Shown: positions 49,706 to 59,013 of the stretch, piece by piece | Layout of the letters: each line of letters starts with the position of its first letter | How positions within the stretch are numbered: the stretch's first letter is position 1 | Notes under the pieces: generated by a model | The model's input: only the letters and a program-made list of their open reading frames with translations | Told to the model about the DNA's origin: nothing | Databases searched by the model: none | Made by a program: the position numbers and the translations under genes | NCBI GenBank assembly: GCA_965662235.1 | Contig: CBFIGY010000007.1 | Coordinates: 32,001-96,000, forward strand | DNA length: 64,000 nucleotides | DNA from: an uncultured bacterium | Lineage (GTDB): Bacteria > SAR324 > NAC60-12 | Direction: 5' to 3'

Positions 49706-50452
49706 ATGAAAATTCTTGTTGTAGAAGATGACTTACAGTTGAACATCACCATGCAGCGCCTCTTGGTTGAGTGGGGACACAGCGCAGTGGGGGTGGAGAA
49801 CCTAGAGGAGGCGCGATCCCTCCTGCAGAAACGCCGGGTGGACTGTCTGGTGCTCGACCTGTCCCTTCCGGATGGCCACGGGCTGGAGGTGATTCATGAG
49901 CTGCAGGAGCAGAACAACTCCACCCCCTTCATTCTGGTGACCGGGACCGGGGACATGAGTCAGTCTGCTGAGGCGGTGGAGCTGGGGGTGATTGGCATTG
50001 TGGTGAAGCCCTTCATTTACGACACCCTGTTTGAGAACATCTGCAAGGCTCAGGTCAAGACGCAGCGGGAACCGCTGACTCCCATTGTGGAAGACGATTA
50101 CTGGCACACCTACGTGGTGGCCTTGATGCAGGTGACGGTGCGGTGCTGGAGCGAGGAAACTGGAACCGGGATTGCGGCACTGGGCGAACGCAGTGGCGTT
50201 TGGACCGTGACCGTAAACAAGGACACGGCTCGGGCCCGGACCCTGGAGCGCTACCTGAAGATTGATCACCTGCCCAAGAAGCCGAAACTGGGTCCCATCT
50301 TTCAGACGGCGGAATACGTGCTAGAGCAGTTTCCGGAGTCGGAGTATGCCGAGGAGATTCGCATTCAGGTCGAACTCCTCCGTCACAAAACGGAGGGCAT
50401 GCCAATGCGCTTCCACCGTCGCAAGCACCGGCAACCTGTGGACAAGGACTAG
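49706..50452 (+). CDS. Response regulator (receiver plus uncharacterised C-terminal domain)
   Basis: MKILVVEDD, LDLSLPDGHG phospho-Asp, VTG, KPF. Confidence 0.88.
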   Translation: MKILVVEDDLQLNITMQRLLVEWGHSAVGVENLEEARSLLQKRRVDCLVLDLSLPDGHGLEVIHELQEQNNSTPFILVTGTGDMSQSAEAVELGVIGIVVKPFIYDTLFENICKAQVKTQREPLTPIVEDDYWHTYVVALMQVTVRCWSEETGTGIAALGERSGVWTVTVNKDTARARTLERYLKIDHLPKKPKLGPIFQTAEYVLEQFPESEYAEEIRIQVELLRHKTEGMPMRFHRRKHRQPVDKD

Positions 50453-50548
50453 AGCTGGCAAGAAGGTGGAGCCAGAGGAGGGCGCGCGCCTGGCGGACTG
50501 CTTTGCGGAGGCCTTCAGGGGCTCGGACGGGGCAATTGCGCCTGAAGC

Positions 50549-50577
50549 TTGACAGTCCTCTCAAGAGTTCCTAATCT
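50549..50577 (+). promoter_or_regulatory. Candidate sigma70 promoter for tRNA-Pro
   Basis: TTGACA-N17-TAATCT, 12 nt upstream of the tRNA. Confidence 0.65.
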
Positions 50578-50589
50578 GACCGGATAAGT

Positions 50590-50666
50590 CGGAGCGTAGC
50601 GCAGTCTGGTAGCGCACACGTCTGGGGGGCGTGCGGTCGCAGGTTCAAATCCTGTCGCTCCGACCA
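50590..50666 (+). tRNA. tRNA-Pro (GGG)
   Basis: CGGAGCGTAGCGCAGTCTGGTAGCGCACACGTCTGGGGGGCGTGCGGTCGCAGGTTCAAATCCTGTCGCTCCGACCA; cloverleaf, anticodon GGG, CCA encoded. Confidence 0.97.
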
Positions 50667-50761
50667 CCTACCTTCTCCCCTTCCCTCTCCTTTTCGGTAC
50701 CTTTTCCCTGAAAGACCTTCCGCACCATGCACGCCAATGGGCTGAGCGGCCGAGGAAGGGA

Positions 50762-50790
50762 TTGAAATCGACAGGGGAGTTTTTTATGAT
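50762..50790 (+). promoter_or_regulatory. Candidate sigma70 promoter for the DAHP synthase gene
   Basis: TTGAAA-N17-TATGAT. Confidence 0.6.
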
Positions 50791-50951
50791 GTCCCGTTCA
50801 GCTGGTTTGGCTGAAAGTTGTTTCCGGAGGGCCGTACAGCAGGCTTTACGGAAGCGACGGTCACCTCAGGGTTGAAGAGCATCCCCGCTTCTTCAATTCC
50901 TCGTTGCCAGAGACGGCGCCTCATCCGCCCCCTTAAACCGACCACGCACCC

Positions 50952-51995
50952 ATGCAGATCACCAACAACCTCAATGTGGTGAGCACGACTCGCCTCACGC
51001 CCCCTTGCGAGCTGAAGGAACGGCTCCCGATGTCTGAAACCGCCAACCAGACGGTGCTGTCTGGCCGAACCGCGGTCAAAAAGATCATTGACCGGGAGGA
51101 CTCCCGGCTTCTGGTCGTTGTGGGCCCCTGTTCCATTCACGATCCTCAGATTGCCATGGACTACGCCCAGCGCCTGAAGGACCTGGCGACTGAGGTGTCG
51201 GAGACGATGCTGCTGGTGATGCGGGTGTACTTTGAGAAGCCCCGGACCACAGTGGGCTGGAAGGGCTTGATCAATGATCCGGACCTAGATGGCTCACACA
51301 ACATGGAAAAGGGCATTCGGTTGGCGCGGCAGATCCTTTTGGATGTGAACGAGTTGGGGGTGCCGGCTGCGACAGAAACCCTAGACCCCATCACTCCTCA
51401 GTACCTTGCTGAGCTGATCTCCTGGAGCGCCATTGGCGCCCGAACCACAGAGTCTCAGACGCACCGGGAGATGGCGAGTGGCCTTTCCATGCCGGTCGGA
51501 TTCAAGAATGGCACCGATGGGGGGCTGGAGGTGGCCATCAATGCCCTGCAGACGTCCATGCATCCGCACCATTTCCTGGGCATCGACGACGAGGGGCAAA
51601 CTGCAATCATCCAGACGCGTGGCAATGCGCATGGACACGTGGTGCTGCGGGGAGGAAAAAACGGACCCAACTTCAATGCGGTGGCCGTTCATGAAGCTGA
51701 AGAGTCCCTAGGGAAGGCCAAACTGCCGCAGCGGATCATGATCGACTGCAACCATGCGAATTCGGGGAAGGATCCGTATCGGCAGGAAATTGTCATCCGG
51801 GACCTGGTCCGTCAGATCCTGGACGGGAACCAGTCCATCATTGGAGTGATGATTGAGAGCAACCTAGAGGGGGGAAATCAGCCCATTGGGCCAGACATGA
51901 AGTACGGCGTCTCCGTCACGGACGCCTGTGTGGACTGGGACAGCACCCGAGCGATGCTGCTCCATGCGCATCAGCAACTGTTGGGCCGTCCCTGA
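50952..51995 (+). CDS. 3-deoxy-7-phosphoheptulonate (DAHP) synthase, type I-alpha
   Basis: GPCSIHD, RVYFEKPRTTVGWKGL, IGARTTESQTHRE, GFKNGTDG, DCNHANS, SVTDAC. Feedback specificity (aroF/G/H) cannot be assigned by eye. Confidence 0.95.
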   Translation: MQITNNLNVVSTTRLTPPCELKERLPMSETANQTVLSGRTAVKKIIDREDSRLLVVVGPCSIHDPQIAMDYAQRLKDLATEVSETMLLVMRVYFEKPRTTVGWKGLINDPDLDGSHNMEKGIRLARQILLDVNELGVPAATETLDPITPQYLAELISWSAIGARTTESQTHREMASGLSMPVGFKNGTDGGLEVAINALQTSMHPHHFLGIDDEGQTAIIQTRGNAHGHVVLRGGKNGPNFNAVAVHEAEESLGKAKLPQRIMIDCNHANSGKDPYRQEIVIRDLVRQILDGNQSIIGVMIESNLEGGNQPIGPDMKYGVSVTDACVDWDSTRAMLLHAHQQLLGRP

Positions 51996-52002
51996 GTCCT
52001 GC

Positions 52003-52122
52003 CTACTCCTTGTGCGCCCGAGAGTTGTCTCGGGCCTCAGAGGAAAGCTCCCATGCTCCTCCCAAGGCCGCCAGCGCATACATCAGGATTTCCAAAAAAC
52101 CATCTTCAATACGGGTCCACAT
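52003..52122 (-). CDS. Putative 39-aa small protein
   Basis: AAGGAG RBS 5 nt before ATG; MWTRIEDGFLEILMYALAALGGAWELSSEARDNSRAHKE. Confidence 0.35.
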   Translation of the reverse strand: MWTRIEDGFLEILMYALAALGGAWELSSEARDNSRAHKE

Positions 52123-52250
52123 TTGCGCTCCTTGCGTGTCAGGTTATTCAGTTGACCTGAAGAGCAATCTGCAGAAATGGTGCCCGTATTCTCCTGAACC
52201 CGCTCCCGACCATGAGGTTGCGTTCAGAGGATCTGGATGCGGGAAGGACC

Positions 52251-53288
52251 TCAGGCCTGTGAGACCTCGGCCCGTAGGCGGGACTTGCGGTCGGTCGCCG
52301 ACTGTCGCTGCACGACCTCGTCTTCAATGAAGTCGACCACCTGTTCCTGCAGGCGCACCCGGTTGAGACGATTGATGCGGGTGATGCCCCCGGGACTACA
52401 GACGTTCACCTCCAGCAACTTGCCATTGACCACATCCAGTCCTGCGAAGTAGAGGCCGTCGGCAACCAGCTTGGGCCCCAGCTTCCGGCAGAGCCGCAGC
52501 TCCTCGCGCGTGAGCACATGCTTAACGGCGTGTCCGCCCGCATGGATGTTGGACCGGAAGTCGCCTTCCGCAGGAACACGGCGCATGGCGCCAATCGCTT
52601 CTCCGTTGAGCATGAGGATGCGGACGTCTCCGGCCTCGGCTCCTTCAATGTATTCCTGAAGGATGACGTAGTTGCTCCCGGTGCTTCCGGAACTGCCATC
52701 GACATAAAAGTGGAGGAGGGAGTTGATGTTCTGCCGCGCATGCTTCTCCACAACGATCACTCCGCGTCCCGCCAGCCCATTCAGAGGCTTGAGGATCATG
52801 CGCTCCTGCTCGCTCTCCTCAATGATGCGCTTGAGGTAGTCCTTGTTTTTGGAAACATGGGTGGTGGGAATGAACTCTCGGCAGGACTCGTAAAAAGCAG
52901 CGGTGTAGAGCTTGTTGCTGGCACGGCGGAGCCCGTCGATGGTGTTGAGGATGAAGGTGTCGTGCTTGACCGAATCCATGAAATTGAGCATGATTGGATC
53001 CAGCGGGGGATTGACGCGCATGAAGATCGCATCAAATCCGGAGAGGGGCAGCATCTGCTCCTTGAACTCAATCTTGCGGTGGAAGCGTTCGGTGTCTCGG
53101 GTGGGCTTCGCCTGAGGCTGGATGATCTTGCAGAAGGCGTGTGTGGCGCTGTGACGGATGGTCAGGTTGTTGGGATGGGTGATGGCCACCCGGTGGTTGC
53201 GGAGCGTACACTCGTGGATGATGCGGAGGGTGGTGTCGGTCGCAGGGACGACCTTCTCCCAGGAGTACATTAAGAAGCAGATGTTCAT
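52251..53288 (-). CDS. gshB: Bacterial-type glutathione synthetase / GshB-like ATP-grasp ligase
   Basis: DTT, FMRVNPP, ILKPL.GLAGRGV, QEYI, GDVRILMLNG, DFRSNIHAGG, GLDVV, EVNVCSPGG. Confidence 0.85.
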   Translation of the reverse strand: MNICFLMYSWEKVVPATDTTLRIIHECTLRNHRVAITHPNNLTIRHSATHAFCKIIQPQAKPTRDTERFHRKIEFKEQMLPLSGFDAIFMRVNPPLDPIMLNFMDSVKHDTFILNTIDGLRRASNKLYTAAFYESCREFIPTTHVSKNKDYLKRIIEESEQERMILKPLNGLAGRGVIVVEKHARQNINSLLHFYVDGSSGSTGSNYVILQEYIEGAEAGDVRILMLNGEAIGAMRRVPAEGDFRSNIHAGGHAVKHVLTREELRLCRKLGPKLVADGLYFAGLDVVNGKLLEVNVCSPGGITRINRLNRVRLQEQVVDFIEDEVVQRQSATDRKSRLRAEVSQA

Positions 53289-53532
53289 GAAAAGGCCCGG
53301 CTTGGGGAAGAAAAAGTGACGTCTGCGCTCCAGAAGACGAGTGCCGCAGGAGGGTTGAGACCTGATCAAAATGCAACCGATTCCCCTGAAGTTGCAAGCG
53401 CGGAAAAGCTCGGGGGAGACGAGGACGATTTTCCCTAGGGCCGGCCCCGTTTGGGGACCTCGTCTCCGGTTTTTCATTGCAGTTCCCCCACGGAGTTGGT
53501 AAGGCTAGAACCCTTTAAAATCAAAGCCGCTC

Positions 53533-54027
53533 ATGCCCATGCCCCCTGGAATGACCCTCATGCTCAAAGTCCTCCTCCTCTTCTGTGTTGCCAGCGGCAT
53601 CGCGTGGTGGGTGGCGCCGCTTTCCTCGTTTGAGGCCGTGGTGCTGACGCTGCTGCTGAGTGGTGCCTGGTGGTGGCTGCTCCGGGACTCGCTGAAGATC
53701 GAGATTCGTCCCCTGCGTGAGGGAAACATCATCTACTTCGACGAGTTCAAGCGTCGACGCAACACTCCTCCGGAGCCTCCTCCAGAGCAGCCTCGGCTGG
53801 TGCAGGTGTTTGATTCCTCCTTGCTGCACGAAGCCGACCTCGCAGCGGCGTTCTTGGAGCACAACGGCATTCCCACTCACGTCCTCAACCGGCACAACGC
53901 CAGCATCCTCATTCATCCGCTGGGCGAGATGACGGTCCGGGTGATGGTTCATGAGGCCGATGCTGAACTGGCGACCCGTCTGCTGGACCGCCGCCGTAAC
54001 TCTCCTGAAGGTTCCTTTACCGCCTGA
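53533..54027 (+). CDS. Membrane protein with DUF2007-like C-terminal domain
   Basis: Two TM segments, then EADLAAAFLEHNGIPTHV...VRVMVHEADAELA. Confidence 0.7.
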   Translation: MPMPPGMTLMLKVLLLFCVASGIAWWVAPLSSFEAVVLTLLLSGAWWWLLRDSLKIEIRPLREGNIIYFDEFKRRRNTPPEPPPEQPRLVQVFDSSLLHEADLAAAFLEHNGIPTHVLNRHNASILIHPLGEMTVRVMVHEADAELATRLLDRRRNSPEGSFTA

Positions 54028-54030
54028 TGC

Positions 54031-56052
54031 ATGGCTGACCTGACCCACCACTTCTGCCTGTTCTACCGAGACAACCGCCTAGATGGCGGCTGGATTGAGG
54101 GCACCCAGAAAAACAAGTACATCATCCACCCCCTCCACGGCAAAACGCAGTTTCTTCCAGAAAACCGGCTGCTCTACCACTGGCGTCCTCAACCGACACC
54201 GGCAACCCTAGAAGCCGCGCGGCCTCAGCTGGAACCGATTCTCGAAAACGCCCACGCCCGCAAGACGGAGCACGATCTGGAAACCATGCACCAGCTGGCT
54301 GAGGCAGGGACAGAGCTCGCCTTCGACGAGGTCACAGAGCTGTTTCTGGAAGATCCGGAAGATCCATCCGCCTGCCTGAGCCTGCAACTAGCACTGCTGG
54401 AAGACGAACGTTGGTTCAAGCGGGCCCGGGACGGTCGTTTCATTCCCCGGACGGAAGAGGAGCTGGCCCAGCTTGACGTCCGCTTGGAGCGGGAACGGTT
54501 GCAGCAGGAAAAGGAAGCTCGGATTCGCGACTGGATCGCCTCGCTGCAGCAGGGCACCTGGGACCCTGAGGCGTGGACGGAAGGACAGCTGCAGTGGCTG
54601 CAGCAGCTGGAAGACCTGCTGGCCGCTGGGCGAGACTCCCTTCACTGGAAGGAGCTGGCGCCGTTGATGGGGCTGGGAGGCACCCTTGGTTTTGGAGAGG
54701 AACAGCAGCTCAAACGCTGGCTCCAGCAGGCGGGGAAGCCGATGTCGTGGTCGCGCCTCTACCTGCTCCGGGCCAACGTCCGGGAACGCTTCCCAAGTGC
54801 GGTGCTGACCGAGGCAGACGCGCTGGTGACTCAGCCGCTTCCAGAGGTGGACCCGCTCTGGCAGGATCTGCCGACCTACACCATTGATGCCGCCAAGACG
54901 CAGGACTACGATGACGCCCTTACCCTGCTGGAGTGGGGCAGCAACACCCTTCGCCTTGCCGTGCACATCACCGACCTTTCACAGGCGCTTGCCCCCGACA
55001 GCGCCCTCTTCCGGGAGGCGGAGCTGCGGGCTTCTTCGGTCTACACGCTTGAAGAGGTGGTCCCCATGCTGCCGGAAGCGCTCTCCAACGGACGTTTCTC
55101 GCTGAAGGCGGGGGAGCCACGTCCGGTCCTGAGTTACTTCTTCCGGATTTCCCGAGATGGTTCCTGGCAGCTGGAAAAGGTGGAGCCTCAGGTCATCCGG
55201 GTGCAGGAGAACCTGAGTTATGAGGAAGTGGATGCCTTCATTGAGTCCGAGGAATCCTTCTGGGCTCAGCTGAGCCAGTTCTGTGACGCGCTGCTGCAGA
55301 AGCGCATTGAAGACGGAGCCTTGGACTTGCCACGGCGGGAATTTGAGTTTGACCTCAGTGATCCGCAGCAGATTCGCATCCGGGCGCTGGAACGCAACAG
55401 TCCTTCAAACCGCCTCATCCAGGAACTCGCGGTGCTGGTCAACCGGGAAACCGGGCGCCTCTTTGAGGAGTCAGAGCTGCCAGGCATCTACCGGACGCAG
55501 GCTCCGTATGAGTTGGTGCAGGAGGTGAAAGAGGGAGAAACCCTGACCCTGGAGCACATCAGCATCGAGGGCGCTCGTCTCTCCACGCTGCCGGGACCGC
55601 ACGCCGGCCTGGCCTGTCATCCGTACATGCAGGCCTCCTCACCGATCCGCCGCTTCACGGACCTCATCTCACAGGTGCAGCTTCGGCCACACCTAGAGGG
55701 GCAGGAGGCGCCCTTTGGAACAGAGGACATGATGCGCTGGGCAGAGGCCTGCGAGCTGCTGCAGAAGCAGTACGCCCGTGCGGAGCGAGAGGTGACGTAT
55801 CACTGGAAGACCTGCTACCTGGCTCAGCACACCGGATCCGTTTTTACCGCCCGGGTTCGGCGCCCTCTTCCCAATCAGCGTTTGGAACTGGAATTGCTGG
55901 AGCTGGACTACGTCTTTGTCACCAGCGGACTCCCAGCACATGAGAAGGGGGAACAGATGTTGCTGCGCGTGGAGCAGGTGGATGTGGATCAGCATCGCAT
56001 TGCTGTCCAACCCTGTGTGGAACCTGCCGATCCCCACCAGCTGATGAGCTGA
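54031..56052 (+). CDS. RNB-domain exoribonuclease (RNase II/R family)
   Basis: TIDAAKTQDYDDAL catalytic Asp cluster, VHITD, PMLP, SL, SSPIRRFTDL. Confidence 0.9.
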   Translation: MADLTHHFCLFYRDNRLDGGWIEGTQKNKYIIHPLHGKTQFLPENRLLYHWRPQPTPATLEAARPQLEPILENAHARKTEHDLETMHQLAEAGTELAFDEVTELFLEDPEDPSACLSLQLALLEDERWFKRARDGRFIPRTEEELAQLDVRLERERLQQEKEARIRDWIASLQQGTWDPEAWTEGQLQWLQQLEDLLAAGRDSLHWKELAPLMGLGGTLGFGEEQQLKRWLQQAGKPMSWSRLYLLRANVRERFPSAVLTEADALVTQPLPEVDPLWQDLPTYTIDAAKTQDYDDALTLLEWGSNTLRLAVHITDLSQALAPDSALFREAELRASSVYTLEEVVPMLPEALSNGRFSLKAGEPRPVLSYFFRISRDGSWQLEKVEPQVIRVQENLSYEEVDAFIESEESFWAQLSQFCDALLQKRIEDGALDLPRREFEFDLSDPQQIRIRALERNSPSNRLIQELAVLVNRETGRLFEESELPGIYRTQAPYELVQEVKEGETLTLEHISIEGARLSTLPGPHAGLACHPYMQASSPIRRFTDLISQVQLRPHLEGQEAPFGTEDMMRWAEACELLQKQYARAEREVTYHWKTCYLAQHTGSVFTARVRRPLPNQRLELELLELDYVFVTSGLPAHEKGEQMLLRVEQVDVDQHRIAVQPCVEPADPHQLMS

Positions 56053-56144
56053 TTTTGCGGTTGTTTCTCCCCTTCAGGTTGGATAAGGTAAAAGGCTGAC
56101 TGCATTCCTGGCTGATTTGTCCAACGAACGCACTGTAGGTACCA

Positions 56145-56366
56145 ATGGCAACGTGGATCGTTCTCACAATAGCCGTGGTGGTCGCGATGGTCGTCTATCG
56201 CATGCGCCGCCCGGAAGAAGAAAAGCTTGAGCAGCCCTCAAACTTTGTGATGTTTTTCCATCCCTCCAAGGGGGAAGGGGACCTGTTTTTGGGGGGACTC
56301 CTGGCGCTTTATTTCTTTTCCCGCTTTGCCTTGGACATGTTCCAGACAATCCGTAGCATCTTCTGA
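56145..56366 (+). CDS. Small hypothetical membrane protein
   Basis: 73 aa, two hydrophobic segments. Confidence 0.55.
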   Translation: MATWIVLTIAVVVAMVVYRMRRPEEEKLEQPSNFVMFFHPSKGEGDLFLGGLLALYFFSRFALDMFQTIRSIF

Positions 56367-56372
56367 CGCCTC

Positions 56373-56615
56373 ATGCGTGCTGTGCTTCTGGTCCTGGTGA
56401 CCCTGTTCCGTGACCCTCCTGTTCAGCTTGGTCCGCTGCTCGGCGGTGCACTTGGCTGGTGGGGGGCTGAGTACGTCTTCAGTGATCCTCCGACGGCTGC
56501 AGTCGCCTTTGCGGTGCTGGGCTGGGGCGTCGGGGCCTACATTGGGTACCACCGGTCCAATGCACTCCCACGGCGCAAGCGTCCCAAGCTGAAGGTCTAC
56601 CAAGGAGGCAAGTAA
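56373..56615 (+). CDS. Small hypothetical membrane protein
   Basis: 80 aa, hydrophobic, basic tail ending LKVYQGGK. Confidence 0.55.
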   Translation: MRAVLLVLVTLFRDPPVQLGPLLGGALGWWGAEYVFSDPPTAAVAFAVLGWGVGAYIGYHRSNALPRRKRPKLKVYQGGK

Positions 56616-56619
56616 CGCC

Positions 56620-56808
56620 ATGAACGTTGAGTTTGAGGTCGGCACGTCTCCCACCGGGGTCCTCCTTTCCATCAAGACCAACGAAGGGCGCCTGCACCAG
56701 ATTGCCGCCCTAGAAGTCACCAATGAGGAAGCGGTCCGCATTGCGGAACTGATCCTCAAACGGGTTGAAGAAAACCAAGCGCCGGTTCCTCCTGCTGAAA
56801 TCAACTGA
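56620..56808 (+). CDS. Small hypothetical protein
   Basis: 62 aa, AGGAGG RBS, host-like codon use. Confidence 0.65.
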   Translation: MNVEFEVGTSPTGVLLSIKTNEGRLHQIAALEVTNEEAVRIAELILKRVEENQAPVPPAEIN

Positions 56809-56817
56809 AGGCACCCA

Positions 56818-58131
56818 ATGAACGCTTCCCGCAAAGCGGTTTGGGGGTGGGCGATGTACGACTGGGCGAATTCAGCGTTCGCCACAACGGTCATTGCCGG
56901 CTTCTTCCCCGTCTTCTTCAAGCTGTACTGGAGCGCTGACGCAGACGTCAACACCAGCACCGCACAACTGGCCTTTGGCAACTCCCTCGCCAGCCTCCTG
57001 GTGGCCCTGATGGCGCCGATCCTAGGCGCCGTGGCCGACCGCAGCTCCACCAAAAAACGCTTCCTCGCTCTCTTTGCTTACCTCGGGGTGCTGGCCACCG
57101 CCGCCCTCTTCCTGGTGGAGGCAGGGAACTGGCCGATGGCGGTGCTCGTGTACGCTCTGGGCATCATCGGCTTCTCCGGATCCAATATCTTCTACGACTC
57201 CCTGCTCCCGGAAGTGGCCGGTGATCGGGTGGACGCGGTTTCCAGCCTCGGCTTTGCCATGGGGTACCTCGGAGGCGGATTGCTGTTTCTGCTCAATGTG
57301 GTCATGACCCTCCAGCCGGCATGGTTCGGGCTTGCTGACAGCGGAGAGGCGGTCCGTTGGTCCTTCCTCTCGGTGGCTGTGTGGTGGGGCGGCTTCACCC
57401 TCCTGACGCTGTTCTGGGTTCCGGAAGCGCCTCAAACGTCTGCTCGCTCCACCAGCTTGCTGGACGGCCTTCGTGAGGTCCGGCACACGTTGAAGCAGAT
57501 CCGGGAGATGAAGGACCTCTGGCTCTTCCTCCTCGCCTACTGGTTCTACATTGATGGCGTGGACACGATCATCCGGATGGCCGTTGACTACGGCATCTCC
57601 ATCGGCTTTGAGTCTTCCGACCTCATCACCGCTTTGCTGGTGGTGCAGTTTGTGGGCTTTCCGGCCGCGTTGATTTTCGGACGCCTAGGAGAACGCTGGG
57701 GAGTGCGACGTTCCCTCTACCTGGGCATCGCGGTGTACATGGCCGTCACCCTCTGGGGCATGCAGATGGAGGAAAAGTGGGAGTTTTACCTGCTGGCCGC
57801 AGTGATTGGTCTGGTGCAAGGAGGCATTCAGGCGCTCAGCCGCTCCTACTACGCCCGCCTCATTCCAGCAGGGCAGGCCGCGGAGTTTTACGGTTTCTAC
57901 AACATGCTGGGTAAGTTTGCCGCCATCTTTGGACCGCTCCTCATGGGACTCACAGGCCTGCTGGCCCGGACGTGGTTGCAGCAGCAGAACCCCAGTCTGG
58001 ACCCCACGCTGCTGGGACAAGAAGCCGCCCGCTGGAGCATCGGCTCCATCCTCATCCTCTTCGTTCTCGGCGGCTGGCTGCTGTCTCGTGTGGATGAAGC
58101 CCGGGGCCGCGCCGCTGCAGGAGGCGCATGA
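56818..58131 (+). CDS. MFS transporter (UMF1/Atg22-like family)
   Basis: WAMYDWANSAF, APILGAVAD, FYDSLLP, GYLGG, YIDGVDT, QALSRS, FYGFY. Confidence 0.9.
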   Translation: MNASRKAVWGWAMYDWANSAFATTVIAGFFPVFFKLYWSADADVNTSTAQLAFGNSLASLLVALMAPILGAVADRSSTKKRFLALFAYLGVLATAALFLVEAGNWPMAVLVYALGIIGFSGSNIFYDSLLPEVAGDRVDAVSSLGFAMGYLGGGLLFLLNVVMTLQPAWFGLADSGEAVRWSFLSVAVWWGGFTLLTLFWVPEAPQTSARSTSLLDGLREVRHTLKQIREMKDLWLFLLAYWFYIDGVDTIIRMAVDYGISIGFESSDLITALLVVQFVGFPAALIFGRLGERWGVRRSLYLGIAVYMAVTLWGMQMEEKWEFYLLAAVIGLVQGGIQALSRSYYARLIPAGQAAEFYGFYNMLGKFAAIFGPLLMGLTGLLARTWLQQQNPSLDPTLLGQEAARWSIGSILILFVLGGWLLSRVDEARGRAAAGGA

Positions 58132-59012
58132 GCCTGCTGGAAGATCGTGAGTTCCTGGCTCAGCTCCGGACCCTTGAACTCGCCCTGACGCCCTCACGTC
58201 CCTCTCCCCGCCTGGGACTGCACCCCTTGAACTTCCGAGGCCGGAGCCTGGAGTTTGCCGAATACCGGGAATACCGCGAAGGTGAGGACCTCCGGGACCT
58301 CGACTGGAAGGTGTGGGGCCGGAGCGACCGCTTCTACGTCAAGCTCCGCGATTCCCACGCCCCGGCCACCGCCATGCTGTTTCTGGATGACTCGCCCTCA
58401 ATGGTCACTGCGTCTCCGCAGGCCGTGGTGCCAAAGCATCAGGCGGCAGCACTGGTGGCGTTTGGACTGGCCACTGTGCTGCAGCGAAACGGAGACTCCA
58501 GCTCCCTGCACCTGCTCTCCCAGCCCTACCCGGAACCGCCTCGCTCCTCCCGCCGAGCCTTTCTGCATCAGGTGCAGCGCCTGCGCGCCGTGGCTCAGGG
58601 ACAGGGCCTTGCCGAGCCACGAGCCATTCCACAGATGCGTTCCAAATCGATTGACCACGCCTTTGTGATTTCCGACTTCCTGGAGCCTCCGGAGGCTTGG
58701 CAGGAACGTCTGGAAGTCGTCCAGCGTCTCGCGTGGCAAACGACCTGTTTGCAGGTTCTGGATCCTTGGGAAGCCCATCCCCCTGAAGCGGAAACGGAGC
58801 TGGAAGACGCAGAGGCGCCCGAAAAGCGCCGACGCATCACCCCTGAGGAGTGGCGGCAGTACCGCGAACGCCTGAAGCAGCATCAGCAGCGTCTGGAGGG
58901 AATCTGTCGGAAGAAGGGGATGCGCTTGCAGACGCTGGAGACCACCGGAAACCTGGCGACTCAGATCCGCAAGCTGCTGGAGCAGGCCCTCTGGACCAGC
59001 TCCCGAGGGTAG
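58128..59012 (+). CDS. DUF58 domain protein
   Basis: GRSLEFAEYREYREGEDLRDLDWKVWGRSDRFYVK, LDDSPSM, ISDF. Confidence 0.9.
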   Translation: MSLLEDREFLAQLRTLELALTPSRPSPRLGLHPLNFRGRSLEFAEYREYREGEDLRDLDWKVWGRSDRFYVKLRDSHAPATAMLFLDDSPSMVTASPQAVVPKHQAAALVAFGLATVLQRNGDSSSLHLLSQPYPEPPRSSRRAFLHQVQRLRAVAQGQGLAEPRAIPQMRSKSIDHAFVISDFLEPPEAWQERLEVVQRLAWQTTCLQVLDPWEAHPPEAETELEDAEAPEKRRRITPEEWRQYRERLKQHQQRLEGICRKKGMRLQTLETTGNLATQIRKLLEQALWTSSRG

Positions 59013-59013
59013 C

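Noticed and set aside
50761..50814. Aromatic-rich frame IEIDRGVFYDVPFSWFG as an attenuator leader peptide
   Set aside because: No ATG/GTG/TTG start after the in-frame stop at 50743, and it overlaps the predicted promoter.
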